Positions 10,376 to 20,025 of a DNA stretch of 64,000 nucleotides are shown here, piece by piece. Origin of the DNA: Bacteroidia bacterium (GTDB taxonomy: Bacteria > Bacteroidota > Bacteroidia > M30B66); the NCBI GenBank assembly GCA_965279035.1, contig OZ257142.1, forward strand, positions 4,096,001 through 4,160,000. Reading direction: 5' to 3'. The first letter of the stretch is position 1. The number at the start of each line of letters is the position of its first letter. The translations under genes and the position numbers were made by a program. A model generated the notes under the pieces. That model did not search any database and had not been told where the DNA came from. It was given only the letters and a program-made list of their open reading frames with translations.

Positions 10376-10522
10376 GTGCCGAATTTTTTGGGATAATATG
10401 AAGTATGTTCTCATTTAATTTACATGAGTAAATCCAAAAAAAACAACTTCTAAAAACGACATTGAAAAAAATAACTCTCCAATTCATTTTAGTATTTAGG
10501 CATAATTAATTCGTAATTTATT

Positions 10523-12568
10523 TCAACGAATCTCCGCTCCAGGATTTACTACTTCACCCGGTTGAACAAACTTCAATTTACCATCGGCATCCTCGGCCAT
10601 CAAAATCATTCCCTGACTTTCGATGCCTTTGATTTTACGTGGTTCTAAATTGAGTAGCAGACTTACCTGTTGACCAATAATCGCTTCCGGTGCAAAATGC
10701 TCTGCAATGCCCGAAACGACAGTACGTTTATCTACACCCGTATCGACCAATAACTGCAATAGTTTATCGGCTTTAGGAACTTTTACGGCTTCGAGAATGG
10801 TTCCAACTCGGATGTCCATTTTCATAAAATCGTCATAGCTAATTGCTGGCTTCATGGGCGAATGTGCTTTTACTGGTTGTGGACGAGCTGCTTTTGATGC
10901 TTCGAGTTTTTGCAGTTGGAGCTCAACTTCGGCATCTTCAATTTTCTTGAAAAGGATTTCAGGAAGTCCAATCGCATGGCCTTTTGGAAGATGACTAATC
11001 AGCAAATCGTTCCATTCAAACGTAGCTGGTAAATTCAACATCTTACGCAAACGAGCACTGGTATCGGGTAAGTACGGCGATAATGCTACAGACAAACGAC
11101 TTACAATATCCAAACTGTAAGCAATGATTTTTTCTACTTCTTCACGGTCTGTTTCGAGATTGAGTTTCCAAGGTTGAGCATCCGCGAGGTATTTATTTCC
11201 GGCACGTGCTAATCCAATGGTTTCGATTAATCCAGCACGAAACTCATAACCCAGCATCAATTCCGGAACGCGTTCAAAAATGCGTGTTGCTGCTTCTTCT
11301 ACTTCAGCTGTTGGATTAAACTCTGTTGTAGGAACTTTTCCTTCGAAATATTTATGCGTTAAGACCATCACCCGATTAACGAAGTTTCCGAGAATATCAG
11401 CTAATTCGGAATTAACACGGGTTTGAAAATCTTTCCAGGAGAAATCTGAGTCTTTTGTTTCAGGTGCAATGGATGTGAGCACATAACGTAATTCATCACG
11501 ACGGCCCGGAAAATCCTGCAAATATTCATGCAACCAAACAGCCCAATTGCGGGATGTAGAAATTTTTTCTCCCTCAAGATTTAAGAATTCATTCGCTGGA
11601 ACTTGATCAGGTAAAATGTAATCTCCATGTGCTTTTAGAATTGTCGGGAAGATGATGCAATGGAATACGATATTGTCTTTCCCAATAAAATGCACCAATT
11701 GTGAATGTTCATCTTGCCAGTAAGGTTTCCAATCTTTCCCCGTTTTCTCGGACCATTCACGCGATGCAGAAATATACCCAATAGGCGCATCAAACCATAC
11801 ATACAACACTTTTCCTTCTTCGCCTTCGAGTGGTACTTTTACACCCCAGTCCAAGTCACGAGTGATCGCACGAGGTTGCAATCCTTGATCGAGCCAGGAT
11901 TTGCATTGTCCGTACACATTCGATTTCCATTTGTCTTTTTGAGTGAGCATCCAGTCGTTAATCCAGTCGTCTTGGTATTTATCCAAAGGCAAAAACCAAT
12001 GTTTGGTGGATTTCTTGACCGGTGCATTTCCGCTCAGTTTCGAACGCGGATTAATTAAATCGGAAGGACTTAAAGATTTCCCACATTTCTCGCACTGATC
12101 ACCGTATGCATTTTCATTGGCGCAATTGGGACATGTTCCAATGATATAGCGATCGGCCAAAAAAGTCTGTTCTTGTTCGTCGAAAAACTGCTCCGTTACT
12201 TGTTCAGTAAATTCCCCTTTGTGGTAAAGGTTGAGGAAAAACTCCTGTGCTGTTTCGTGATGAATAGGTGCTGAAGTGCGAGAATAGATATCGAATGAGA
12301 TACCCAAATCGGCAAAAGCATCACCCATGATTTTGTGGTATTTATCTACCACATCCTGAGGAGTAATTCCTAAATCACGCGCCTTTAAAGTGATTGGAAC
12401 ACCGTGCTCATCGCTACCACAAATAAAAAGGACATCTTTCCCCATTAAACGCAAAAAGCGAACGTAGGTATCGGCAGGAATATAGCAGCCGGCAAGGTGA
12501 CCAATGTGAACCGGTCCGTTGGCATACGGAAGCGCGGCAGTTACAGTGTAGCGTTTAGGAGCATTCAA
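10523..12568 (-). CDS. metG: Methionine--tRNA ligase with C-terminal tRNA-binding domain
   Basis: [18 protein letters not shown], CxxC zinc knuckles, OB-fold C-terminus. Start placed at TTG 12568 because the ORF-track TTG 12592 sits inside a TATCTTTG promoter. Confidence 0.95.
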   Translation of the reverse strand: MNAPKRYTVTAALPYANGPVHIGHLAGCYIPADTYVRFLRLMGKDVLFICGSDEHGVPITLKARDLGITPQDVVDKYHKIMGDAFADLGISFDIYSRTSAPIHHETAQEFFLNLYHKGEFTEQVTEQFFDEQEQTFLADRYIIGTCPNCANENAYGDQCEKCGKSLSPSDLINPRSKLSGNAPVKKSTKHWFLPLDKYQDDWINDWMLTQKDKWKSNVYGQCKSWLDQGLQPRAITRDLDWGVKVPLEGEEGKVLYVWFDAPIGYISASREWSEKTGKDWKPYWQDEHSQLVHFIGKDNIVFHCIIFPTILKAHGDYILPDQVPANEFLNLEGEKISTSRNWAVWLHEYLQDFPGRRDELRYVLTSIAPETKDSDFSWKDFQTRVNSELADILGNFVNRVMVLTHKYFEGKVPTTEFNPTAEVEEAATRIFERVPELMLGYEFRAGLIETIGLARAGNKYLADAQPWKLNLETDREEVEKIIAYSLDIVSRLSVALSPYLPDTSARLRKMLNLPATFEWNDLLISHLPKGHAIGLPEILFKKIEDAEVELQLQKLEASKAARPQPVKAHSPMKPAISYDDFMKMDIRVGTILEAVKVPKADKLLQLLVDTGVDKRTVVSGIAEHFAPEAIIGQQVSLLLNLEPRKIKGIESQGMILMAEDADGKLKFVQPGEVVNPGAEIR

Positions 12569-12694
12569 GTGTAAAGGAATTTGAGGCTGCAAAGATAGCT
12601 GGATTGCAAAGAGAATTCAATCGAACTGATCTGTTTGAAGCTTTACATCAAACATTAACTTGCTCTATTCTATAATTCCGAGTATTTTCGACAC

Positions 12695-13678
12695 ATGTCA
12701 TCAAAACATTCCTTACGGAAAGATCCTATTTGTCAGAATTGTGGTGAAACGGTAAGCCATCGTTTTTGCAGCTACTGCGGACAAGAAAACACCGAAAGCC
12801 GACAAACATTTCGGCATTTGTTGATGCATTTTTTCGAGGACATCACACATTACGAGGGGAAATTTTGGAAGACGATGAAGTATTTATTTTTTCGTCCTGC
12901 ATACTTAACACGTGAATTTTTATCAGGCCGAAGAATGAGTTATGTACCTCCCGTTCGGCTGTATATTTTCATCAGTTTCGTAACGTTTCTATTGCCTCAT
13001 ATTTTGCCTGAATATGAAGCGAGCGAAGAGAAAGAAATCTCTCAAACTTCTTTAGCTGAAGATGCACGAATACACAATACATTTTCATTTAGAAACAATA
13101 GCGATGGGATGAGTTTGGTCATTCCTAATAACTTCAAATCACTTGAGCAATTAGATTCCTTAATGAAATATGACCCCTATTATATGGGTGATTCAGATCT
13201 TGAATATTGGATGAATAAGCGTTTTTTACACATGCAGAAATACTCAGCTTTTGAATTGGGCGAGAAATTTAAAGAAGCATTTAGTTCGAATTTTCCCAAA
13301 GCTCTTTTTGCTTACATGCCTTTATTTGCAATGGTTCTTATGCTATTTCATCGGAAAAAAGGATGGATGTATTTCGATCATGCCATTTTTACTCTGCATT
13401 ATTTTTCGTTTCTGCTATTGTATGTAGCACTGACGCAAATTTTTAATTTATCAGAATACATTTTAAGCTCAAGCTTTTTTGAAACATTGAATTTCTTTGT
13501 TAAATGTTCCATTTTACTTTCTTTCCCCGTCTATTTCTTTATCGCACATAAAAAAATGTATTCCGAATCTTGGATTAAATCCTTCTTTAAATCTTTTGGA
13601 ATTTATCTGATCAACTTAGCCCTTTTTACTGTTGTTTTAGCTGTTTTGATGTTTTGGTCAGCGATGAGTATTCATTAA
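12695..13678 (+). CDS. DUF3667-domain membrane protein
   Basis: CQNCG...FCSYCGQ zinc ribbon; RPAYLTREFLSGRRMSYVPPVRLY; TM helices. Confidence 0.8.
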   Translation: MSSKHSLRKDPICQNCGETVSHRFCSYCGQENTESRQTFRHLLMHFFEDITHYEGKFWKTMKYLFFRPAYLTREFLSGRRMSYVPPVRLYIFISFVTFLLPHILPEYEASEEKEISQTSLAEDARIHNTFSFRNNSDGMSLVIPNNFKSLEQLDSLMKYDPYYMGDSDLEYWMNKRFLHMQKYSAFELGEKFKEAFSSNFPKALFAYMPLFAMVLMLFHRKKGWMYFDHAIFTLHYFSFLLLYVALTQIFNLSEYILSSSFFETLNFFVKCSILLSFPVYFFIAHKKMYSESWIKSFFKSFGIYLINLALFTVVLAVLMFWSAMSIH

Positions 13679-13730
13679 GAACATTTGAAAAAATCCCGCT
13701 TCTACCTTAGCTCAGTGGGCGGCACTCGCT

Positions 13731-13827
13731 CCCTGAACTTGTCGAAGAGAACACATCTCCCAAAAGCTAACGGGATAATCAGCACACTAACTAATTAGAA
13801 AATCCGCACACTTCGACAAGCTCAGCG
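13731..13827. repeat. Inverted pair of REP-like repeats
   Basis: CCCTGAACTTGTCGAAG (13731-13747) is a near reverse complement of CTTCGACAAGCTCAGCG (13811-13827). Confidence 0.6.
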
Positions 13828-13940
13828 CACGGCACAAGTTCAAGGAAATCAAAATAGCACATCAGCATATTAGCAAATCAGCACATTATATTACCTTCGT
13901 CTAGTTCCGGTTCCGGTGTTTCATTAAACATTCGAACCCA

Positions 13941-14303
13941 ATGGCAGCACACAACGACTTAGGAAAACTCGGAGAAAATCTCGCGGCAGATTTTCTTATC
14001 GAAAACGGATTTACAATTCTCGAACGCAACTGGCGTAACCGTTTTGAAGAAATCGACATCATTGCAATCAAAGATTCATTTCTGGTGATTGTGGAAGTGA
14101 AAATGCGCACAAACAATAATTATGGATCTCCTGAAGACGCAATTAGTCTTCGAAAACAACGGAATCTTGTCAATGCAGCTGATGTTTATATCCGTGAAAA
14201 AAACAGCGATCTCGAAACTCGATTCGATGTGATTGCCGTTACAGGCACTGAAAATCAGCACAGTATCCATCACATTCCTTGGGCATTCAGTCCATTTGAC
14301 TAA
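13941..14303 (+). CDS. YraN family (UPF0102) putative endonuclease
   Basis: LGKLGENLAADFL...ERNWR..EIDII...VEVK.R...RFDVI. Confidence 0.9.
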   Translation: MAAHNDLGKLGENLAADFLIENGFTILERNWRNRFEEIDIIAIKDSFLVIVEVKMRTNNNYGSPEDAISLRKQRNLVNAADVYIREKNSDLETRFDVIAVTGTENQHSIHHIPWAFSPFD

Positions 14304-14347
14304 TAATAGGTGAAAATGGGCTACTTTTGCAGATTCAAGTAATCCCT

Positions 14348-16222
14348 ATGGCCAAGAAACCGGCAGAGAACGCATCAGAACCCGAAGTTGGTTCAACGCG
14401 TCCGAAACGACTCAAAAAATCAGAACTCGAAGAAGCCCCGCGGGAGCGGCGCACACGGGTAAAAAAAGACGAACCTGCTGCTGAGAAAGCTCCCAGGAAA
14501 AGCGCTACCCGAGCTCCCAAAACTGATTCGGATGCACCAATCAGAAAACCTCGTGCTTCAAAAGTTTCTTTTGAATCGGAAAAACCGGAACGAACTTCGG
14601 CACCTAAGCCTTCCAAAGAAGATTACGGTGTTGATGCATTTGCCAAACTGATTCCTGGAAAAAAACGTGAAGGAATGGTCAAACGCGAACCGCGTGGAAA
14701 CCGTCCGCCCGTTACATTCAAACCGGAAACTTCTGGCGATCGTCCAATTAAATCGTTTATAAAAGAAAGCGAAAAACGTGGCGATAAAGCCGAATGGGGA
14801 AGTGATCGTCCAGCGCCTAAAAAGCGTGATGGGATGATTCCTCGTAAAGACAAAGACAGCTATTCTAACAGCGATCGTCCAAAACGGTACGACGACAAAC
14901 CATCTGACAAGAAATTCGATGATCGTCCGCCTCGTCGTGATGACAAACCATTCGGCAAAAAAGATTTCGATCGCCCAAAACGTTACGACGACAAACCATC
15001 CGACAAGAAATTCGGAGATCGTCCGCCTCGTCGGGATGATAAATTCTCGAAAGACACCGATAGACCTAAACGTTACGACGACAAGCCATTCGACAAGAAA
15101 GATTCTGATCGTCCGAAACGCTACGATGATAAACCATTCGAGAAAAAGTTTGGAGATCGTCCACCGCGTCGAGATGATAAATTTTCGAAGGACGATAAAG
15201 ATCCAAAACGATACGATGATAAGCCTTTCGAGAAAAAAGACTTTGATCGTCCGAAGCGTAACGATGATAAAAAATTCGGCGATCGTCCACCAAGACGTGA
15301 TGATAAATTTGCTAAAGAGGGTGATCGTCCGAAACGATTTGGAGATAAGCCTTTCGAAAAAAAATTTGGCGATCGTCCAGCTCCGCGCCCAAGAGGGAAA
15401 TCAGATCAAGATTGGTCCGAACCCATGGAACGACCTGAATTCTTAAAAGGAAAACGCCCAACACCATACCGTGTTAAGAAAGCGCATGTTCCAACCTTAG
15501 AAGAAACTGATGGAAAAATCCGCTTGAATAAATACATCTCCAATGCTGGAATTTGTTCCCGCCGTGAAGCTGATGACATGATCAAAAGCGGAGCTATTAA
15601 AGTGAACGGGAAAGTAGTTACTGAATTGGGAACTCGCGTGAGTCCAGATGATAAGATTCAATACGGTGATGAAACACTAAGCAAAGAAACCAAGCGCTAT
15701 CTATTACTCAATAAACCCAAAGACACCATCACGACTTCGAGCGATCCTGAAGGACGGAAAACGGTGATGGAATTAGTGAAAAATGCATGTAAAGAGCGAT
15801 TGTATCCGGTTGGACGTCTCGATAGAACCACAACGGGTTTGCTCTTAATGACCAATGATGGTGAACTAGCTAAAAAGCTGACACATCCTAGTTATCAGGT
15901 AAAAAAAATCTATCACGTAAGTTTGGATAAAAACTTAAAAGCGGTAGATATGAAACGCATTCTCGACGGTTTGACTTTAGAAGATGGTTTAGCTGAAGTG
16001 GATGAAATTGCGTATGTTGGCGAAGGAACTGAAAAATCGGAAATTGGTATTGCAATTCATTCAGGTAAAAACAGAATTGTACGTCGTATTTTTGAACACC
16101 TCGGTTACGCAGTTGTGAAGTTAGATCGTACATATTTCGCAGGTTTGACGAAAAAAGACCTTCCACGTGGGAAATTTCGTTTTCTCACAGAAAAAGAACT
16201 GATCATGCTCCGTATGAGCTAA
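14348..16222 (+). CDS. RluB/RluF-type rRNA pseudouridine synthase with long charged repetitive N-terminus
   Basis: S4 domain RLNKYISNAGICSRREAD; catalytic VGRLD. TACTTTTG promoter at 14322 favours ATG 14348. Confidence 0.9.
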   Translation: MAKKPAENASEPEVGSTRPKRLKKSELEEAPRERRTRVKKDEPAAEKAPRKSATRAPKTDSDAPIRKPRASKVSFESEKPERTSAPKPSKEDYGVDAFAKLIPGKKREGMVKREPRGNRPPVTFKPETSGDRPIKSFIKESEKRGDKAEWGSDRPAPKKRDGMIPRKDKDSYSNSDRPKRYDDKPSDKKFDDRPPRRDDKPFGKKDFDRPKRYDDKPSDKKFGDRPPRRDDKFSKDTDRPKRYDDKPFDKKDSDRPKRYDDKPFEKKFGDRPPRRDDKFSKDDKDPKRYDDKPFEKKDFDRPKRNDDKKFGDRPPRRDDKFAKEGDRPKRFGDKPFEKKFGDRPAPRPRGKSDQDWSEPMERPEFLKGKRPTPYRVKKAHVPTLEETDGKIRLNKYISNAGICSRREADDMIKSGAIKVNGKVVTELGTRVSPDDKIQYGDETLSKETKRYLLLNKPKDTITTSSDPEGRKTVMELVKNACKERLYPVGRLDRTTTGLLLMTNDGELAKKLTHPSYQVKKIYHVSLDKNLKAVDMKRILDGLTLEDGLAEVDEIAYVGEGTEKSEIGIAIHSGKNRIVRRIFEHLGYAVVKLDRTYFAGLTKKDLPRGKFRFLTEKELIMLRMS

Positions 16223-16236
16223 GTAGAATATTGAAC

Positions 16237-17778
16237 ATGGCATTAGTAGGAATCGCAATCAAAAGGGCACTTACTCTGCAAAAAACACTTCGCAGAGTAC
16301 GCCGCCGCCAAAGTCCAGAAAAGAAACAGGAAAAAACATTCCTGAAACTAATCAAGAAAGCTCAGAATACTGCGCTTGGGCGTGCTTATGGTTTTGATGA
16401 GATTCTTCGTTCAGAAAATCCATACGCAGTTTTCAGTAAAAATGTGCCTTTGTTTCATTATGAAACGATTCATGATACTTGGTGGCATCGTTCATTGGAA
16501 GGTGAAGAAGATGTTGCTTGGCCTGGAAAAGTTCAGTATTTCGCTTTGAGTTCAGGCACATCGGGTGCTCCAAGCAAGAAGATTCCGGTTACTCAAGCCA
16601 TGATACGAAGCATGCGTAGAACAAGTGTTCGACAAATTCTTTCCTTGGCCTATTATGATCTTCCGCCAGAACTTTTTGAAAAAGGAATTTTTATGCTTGG
16701 CGGTTCTACCGACTTGCAATGGAAATCGAGCTATTACGAAGGTGATTTAAGTGGAATCAACGGAACACAAATTCCATTTTGGTTTCAAGCACATTATAAA
16801 CCAGGAAAACGTATTGCTAAAGAGCGCGATTGGGAAGCCAAATTGGAAGAAATAGTTTTAGCTGCAAAAGATTGGGACATTGGAATTGTTGTGGGCGTTC
16901 CTGCTTGGATTCAGATTGTGATGGAACGCATCATCGAACACTATCACCTCAAAACCATACACGACATTTGGCCAAACCTTCGCATATATGTGCATGGAGG
17001 CGTTTTCTTCGAACCCTATAAAAAAGGGTTTGAGAAATTGATGGCTCATCCACTCATCTACATTGAAACCTATCTAGCTTCTGAAGGATTCTTAGCATAT
17101 CAAGGAAATGATGTTCAAGGTGCCATGGAATTGGTGCTGAATAATGGAATCTTTTTCGAATTCATCCCTTTCAACGAATCCAACTTCACTCACGATGGAA
17201 TGCCCGTTGAGGGTGCAGAAGTGCTCACTTTAGATCATGTGAAAGAAGGTGTTGATTATGCATTACTCATTTCTACCTGTGCCGGCGCTTGGAGATACAT
17301 GATTGGTGACACCATCCGATTTACCAATCTTGAGAATTCAGAAATTATCATCACCGGTCGTACAAAACATTATCTCAGCATTTGCGGCGAACACTTGAGC
17401 GTCGACAATATGAATCACGCTATTATGAAAGCTGCCGATCATTTTGGAATCAGTATTCCCGAATTTTGTGTAGCTGGCGAAATTGATGAAACAGGATTCC
17501 GTCATAAATGGTTTATTGGAACCGACGATAAAGTAGATACACTCGCTTTTCGTGAAAAACTAGATGAAGAATTAAAAGCCCTCAACGACGACTACATTGT
17601 TGAACGCCGATCTGCTTTGAAAGAAATGCATTTGGAAGCTTTGCCCGTGAGTACTTTTTATGATTGGATGCGAGTATTAGGCAAAGAAGGCGGACAGAAT
17701 AAATTTCCTCGGGTTTTGAAAAAAGAACAACTAGCCGAATGGGAAGCGTTCATTCAAGTTGACAAAGTAAATGGATAG
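16237..17778 (+). CDS. GH3 family (acyl-acid amido synthetase-like) protein
   Basis: SSGTSG, YLASEGF, WRYMIGD and GGQNKFPR motifs. Confidence 0.85.
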   Translation: MALVGIAIKRALTLQKTLRRVRRRQSPEKKQEKTFLKLIKKAQNTALGRAYGFDEILRSENPYAVFSKNVPLFHYETIHDTWWHRSLEGEEDVAWPGKVQYFALSSGTSGAPSKKIPVTQAMIRSMRRTSVRQILSLAYYDLPPELFEKGIFMLGGSTDLQWKSSYYEGDLSGINGTQIPFWFQAHYKPGKRIAKERDWEAKLEEIVLAAKDWDIGIVVGVPAWIQIVMERIIEHYHLKTIHDIWPNLRIYVHGGVFFEPYKKGFEKLMAHPLIYIETYLASEGFLAYQGNDVQGAMELVLNNGIFFEFIPFNESNFTHDGMPVEGAEVLTLDHVKEGVDYALLISTCAGAWRYMIGDTIRFTNLENSEIIITGRTKHYLSICGEHLSVDNMNHAIMKAADHFGISIPEFCVAGEIDETGFRHKWFIGTDDKVDTLAFREKLDEELKALNDDYIVERRSALKEMHLEALPVSTFYDWMRVLGKEGGQNKFPRVLKKEQLAEWEAFIQVDKVNG

Positions 17779-18421
17779 CGTAATCTGGAATGGATTTATC
17801 ATGGGATTGGGACTCAGCTTTTCGTTTGGTCCAGTATTCTTCATGCTTATCCAAACTAGTATTGATAAAGGCTGGAAAGAATCACTGATTTTTGATGCGG
17901 GAGTTTTATTAAGCGATTTCATCATCATTGCTGCTGCGATGTTGATCATCTTCGCCATGGGTGTGAATGTCGACTTCTCTAGCCCATTGATCCAATTTTG
18001 GTCAACGATGATCGGAGCCTTGATACTAGTAATCTTTGGCTTAGTGTTGATTCTCAACCCGAAGAAAGAAACTAGCCCTGCCGAAGTTCCTGACATCAAA
18101 TCAGTTTCGAAACTAAATCACACTGGACTGTTTTTCAAAGGATTGGGAATTAACTTTTTAAATCCTTCTGTCTTTTTAATTTGGTTTGGAGCAGTTCCGG
18201 CAGTTGCTGGCGGATACAAAGGCAACATGAATCTGATTATTGCCTTCTTTTCCAGCACTTTAATTTCCTATTTCCTCATCGATCTTGGGAAAATATATAT
18301 GGCGCGAAAACTAAAGCGTTTCCTTACTCCTACCGCAATTACACTCTTTCACCGGATTTCAGGAATTATCTTTTTAGGAATAGCTGCTTGGCTGCTTTAT
18401 CGATTCTTTTTGCTTAGCTGA
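17771..18421 (+). CDS. LysE family translocator
   Basis: GPVFF near N-terminus, G...NFLNP, multiple TM helices. Confidence 0.85.
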   Translation: MDSVIWNGFIMGLGLSFSFGPVFFMLIQTSIDKGWKESLIFDAGVLLSDFIIIAAAMLIIFAMGVNVDFSSPLIQFWSTMIGALILVIFGLVLILNPKKETSPAEVPDIKSVSKLNHTGLFFKGLGINFLNPSVFLIWFGAVPAVAGGYKGNMNLIIAFFSSTLISYFLIDLGKIYMARKLKRFLTPTAITLFHRISGIIFLGIAAWLLYRFFLLS

Positions 18422-18505
18422 GAAAAATCAGTCGCTTCACTGATGAAGGTCATAGTTCAGATCCATTTTTAAGGTCAACTTTGCACTAACCAATCTGACC
18501 CGATT

Positions 18506-18886
18506 ATGAAAACAGCACTTATTACTGAACAACATCTTGAACACCGCGAATGGTTAAATCGTCTTGACTTTTATCGGGATGAAATTAAAATCATGCAAAA
18601 TCGTATTTCAGAAATTGCTTCTAAAAACACAGCTCAAGAAGTAATGGCGATGGTAGAACATTTCCAAAATCAATTGATTATTCAAACATCCAATCTTGAT
18701 CAGCTTTTTCACGATATCCGTAAACATGAATCAGAATTAGCAGCTGAGATTGCTAAAAATCCTACAGCTTCTGATCATCGTCGTTCTGAAGTACATCCAG
18801 AACATCAAGAAGGTGTTGCTATTTTCGAAAAATTATTCAACGAACTTCGCAGCGAGCAAATCCTCTGGCTTGCCAAAGTAATGTAG
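18506..18886 (+). CDS. Hypothetical helical protein
   Basis: 126-aa ORF with EHREWLNRLDFYRDEI and VEHFQNQ; TTTG promoter-like motif upstream. Confidence 0.65.
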   Translation: MKTALITEQHLEHREWLNRLDFYRDEIKIMQNRISEIASKNTAQEVMAMVEHFQNQLIIQTSNLDQLFHDIRKHESELAAEIAKNPTASDHRRSEVHPEHQEGVAIFEKLFNELRSEQILWLAKVM

Positions 18887-18888
18887 TT

Positions 18889-20025
18889 TCAGAGAATCGA
18901 TTCCTTTAGCTGTTTAACAAAACCTAGGATTTCCGATTCCTGATTGTATTTCCCTAAAGACAACCTAACCGTTTCGTAAGCCTGTTTTTCTGAATACCCG
19001 AGTGATCTCAACACATGAGAAGGCTCAGGTAAAGCAGAGGAACAGGCCGATCCGGTTGAAAAGGCAAAGCTTGGTAAACCTGATATGATTGCCGATGACT
19101 TTATTTCGGGTATTCGAAACAAACTCGTATTCGGCAATCTCCATTGATCTTCGCATACAATCTGCGCCCCTGTTTGTGATTTTATTTCGAATTCTAATAA
19201 ATCACGAAGTCGGCTAATTGATAATTCATTCTTTACTAAATCACGCTGAGCAAGTTCAGCTGCTTTGCCCATTCCTACAATTCCTGGTACATTCAACGTT
19301 CCAGAACGTAAACCTCGTTCATGTCCACCACCACGTATAAGTGGTAGCATTGTCACTCGTGGATTTTTCCTACGAACATAGAATGCACCTACCCCTTTCG
19401 GTCCGTAAAATTTATGCGCTGAGAGACTCAATAAATCAACTCCTAAATCATTCACATTCACCGGAATTTTCCCACACCCTTGAGTGGCATCACAAAGTAC
19501 AAATGCACCTTTCTCTCTTGCCAATTCCGAAATTTCTCGCATAGGCCAAATCACTCCTGTTTCATTATTTGCAAGCATTGCAGCAATCAAAACAGTATCA
19601 TTACGAATTGCCTTTTTTACACAATCCAGATCTGTTTGTCCGTTTGGTTTCACTGTCAAAATCTCAACTTCCCAACCTAAACTTTCGAGGTAAGTGAGTG
19701 GTTCCAATACCGCTTTATGCTCTGTTTGAAAAGAGATTAAATGCTTCCCTTTGGATTGATAATTCAGTGCAATGCTTTGTATTGCTTGATTAAGCGATTC
19801 GGTAGCGCCTGAGGTGAAAATTATCTCATTGGTTTCGGAACCAATCAAGGAAGCTACCTGTTCGCGTGCAATTTGAACAGCCTCGGAAGCAATCCATCCA
19901 AACGCATGCGCCGAACTCGATGCATTACCATAAGCACTTTGAAAATAGGGCAACATCGTTTCAATCACCTCTGGATCAACAGGTGTTGTTGCATTATGAT
20001 CAAAATAAACAAGGTTAGTTTCCAT
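18889..20025 (-). CDS. Cysteine desulfurase, IscS/NifS family
   Basis: YFDHNATTP, SAHKFYGPKG (PLP lysine), STGSACSS (catalytic Cys). Confidence 0.92.
   Translation of the reverse strand: METNLVYFDHNATTPVDPEVIETMLPYFQSAYGNASSSAHAFGWIASEAVQIAREQVASLIGSETNEIIFTSGATESLNQAIQSIALNYQSKGKHLISFQTEHKAVLEPLTYLESLGWEVEILTVKPNGQTDLDCVKKAIRNDTVLIAAMLANNETGVIWPMREISELAREKGAFVLCDATQGCGKIPVNVNDLGVDLLSLSAHKFYGPKGVGAFYVRRKNPRVTMLPLIRGGGHERGLRSGTLNVPGIVGMGKAAELAQRDLVKNELSISRLRDLLEFEIKSQTGAQIVCEDQWRLPNTSLFRIPEIKSSAIISGLPSFAFSTGSACSSALPEPSHVLRSLGYSEKQAYETVRLSLGKYNQESEILGFVKQLKESIL

Noticed and set aside
10384-10411. dif-like sequence with a possible GC-skew switch (also 34632-34660)
   Set aside because: The XerD arm or spacer match is poor and hand-sampled skew was inconsistent (G-rich again near 55.4 kb). 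A cumulative skew plot is needed.
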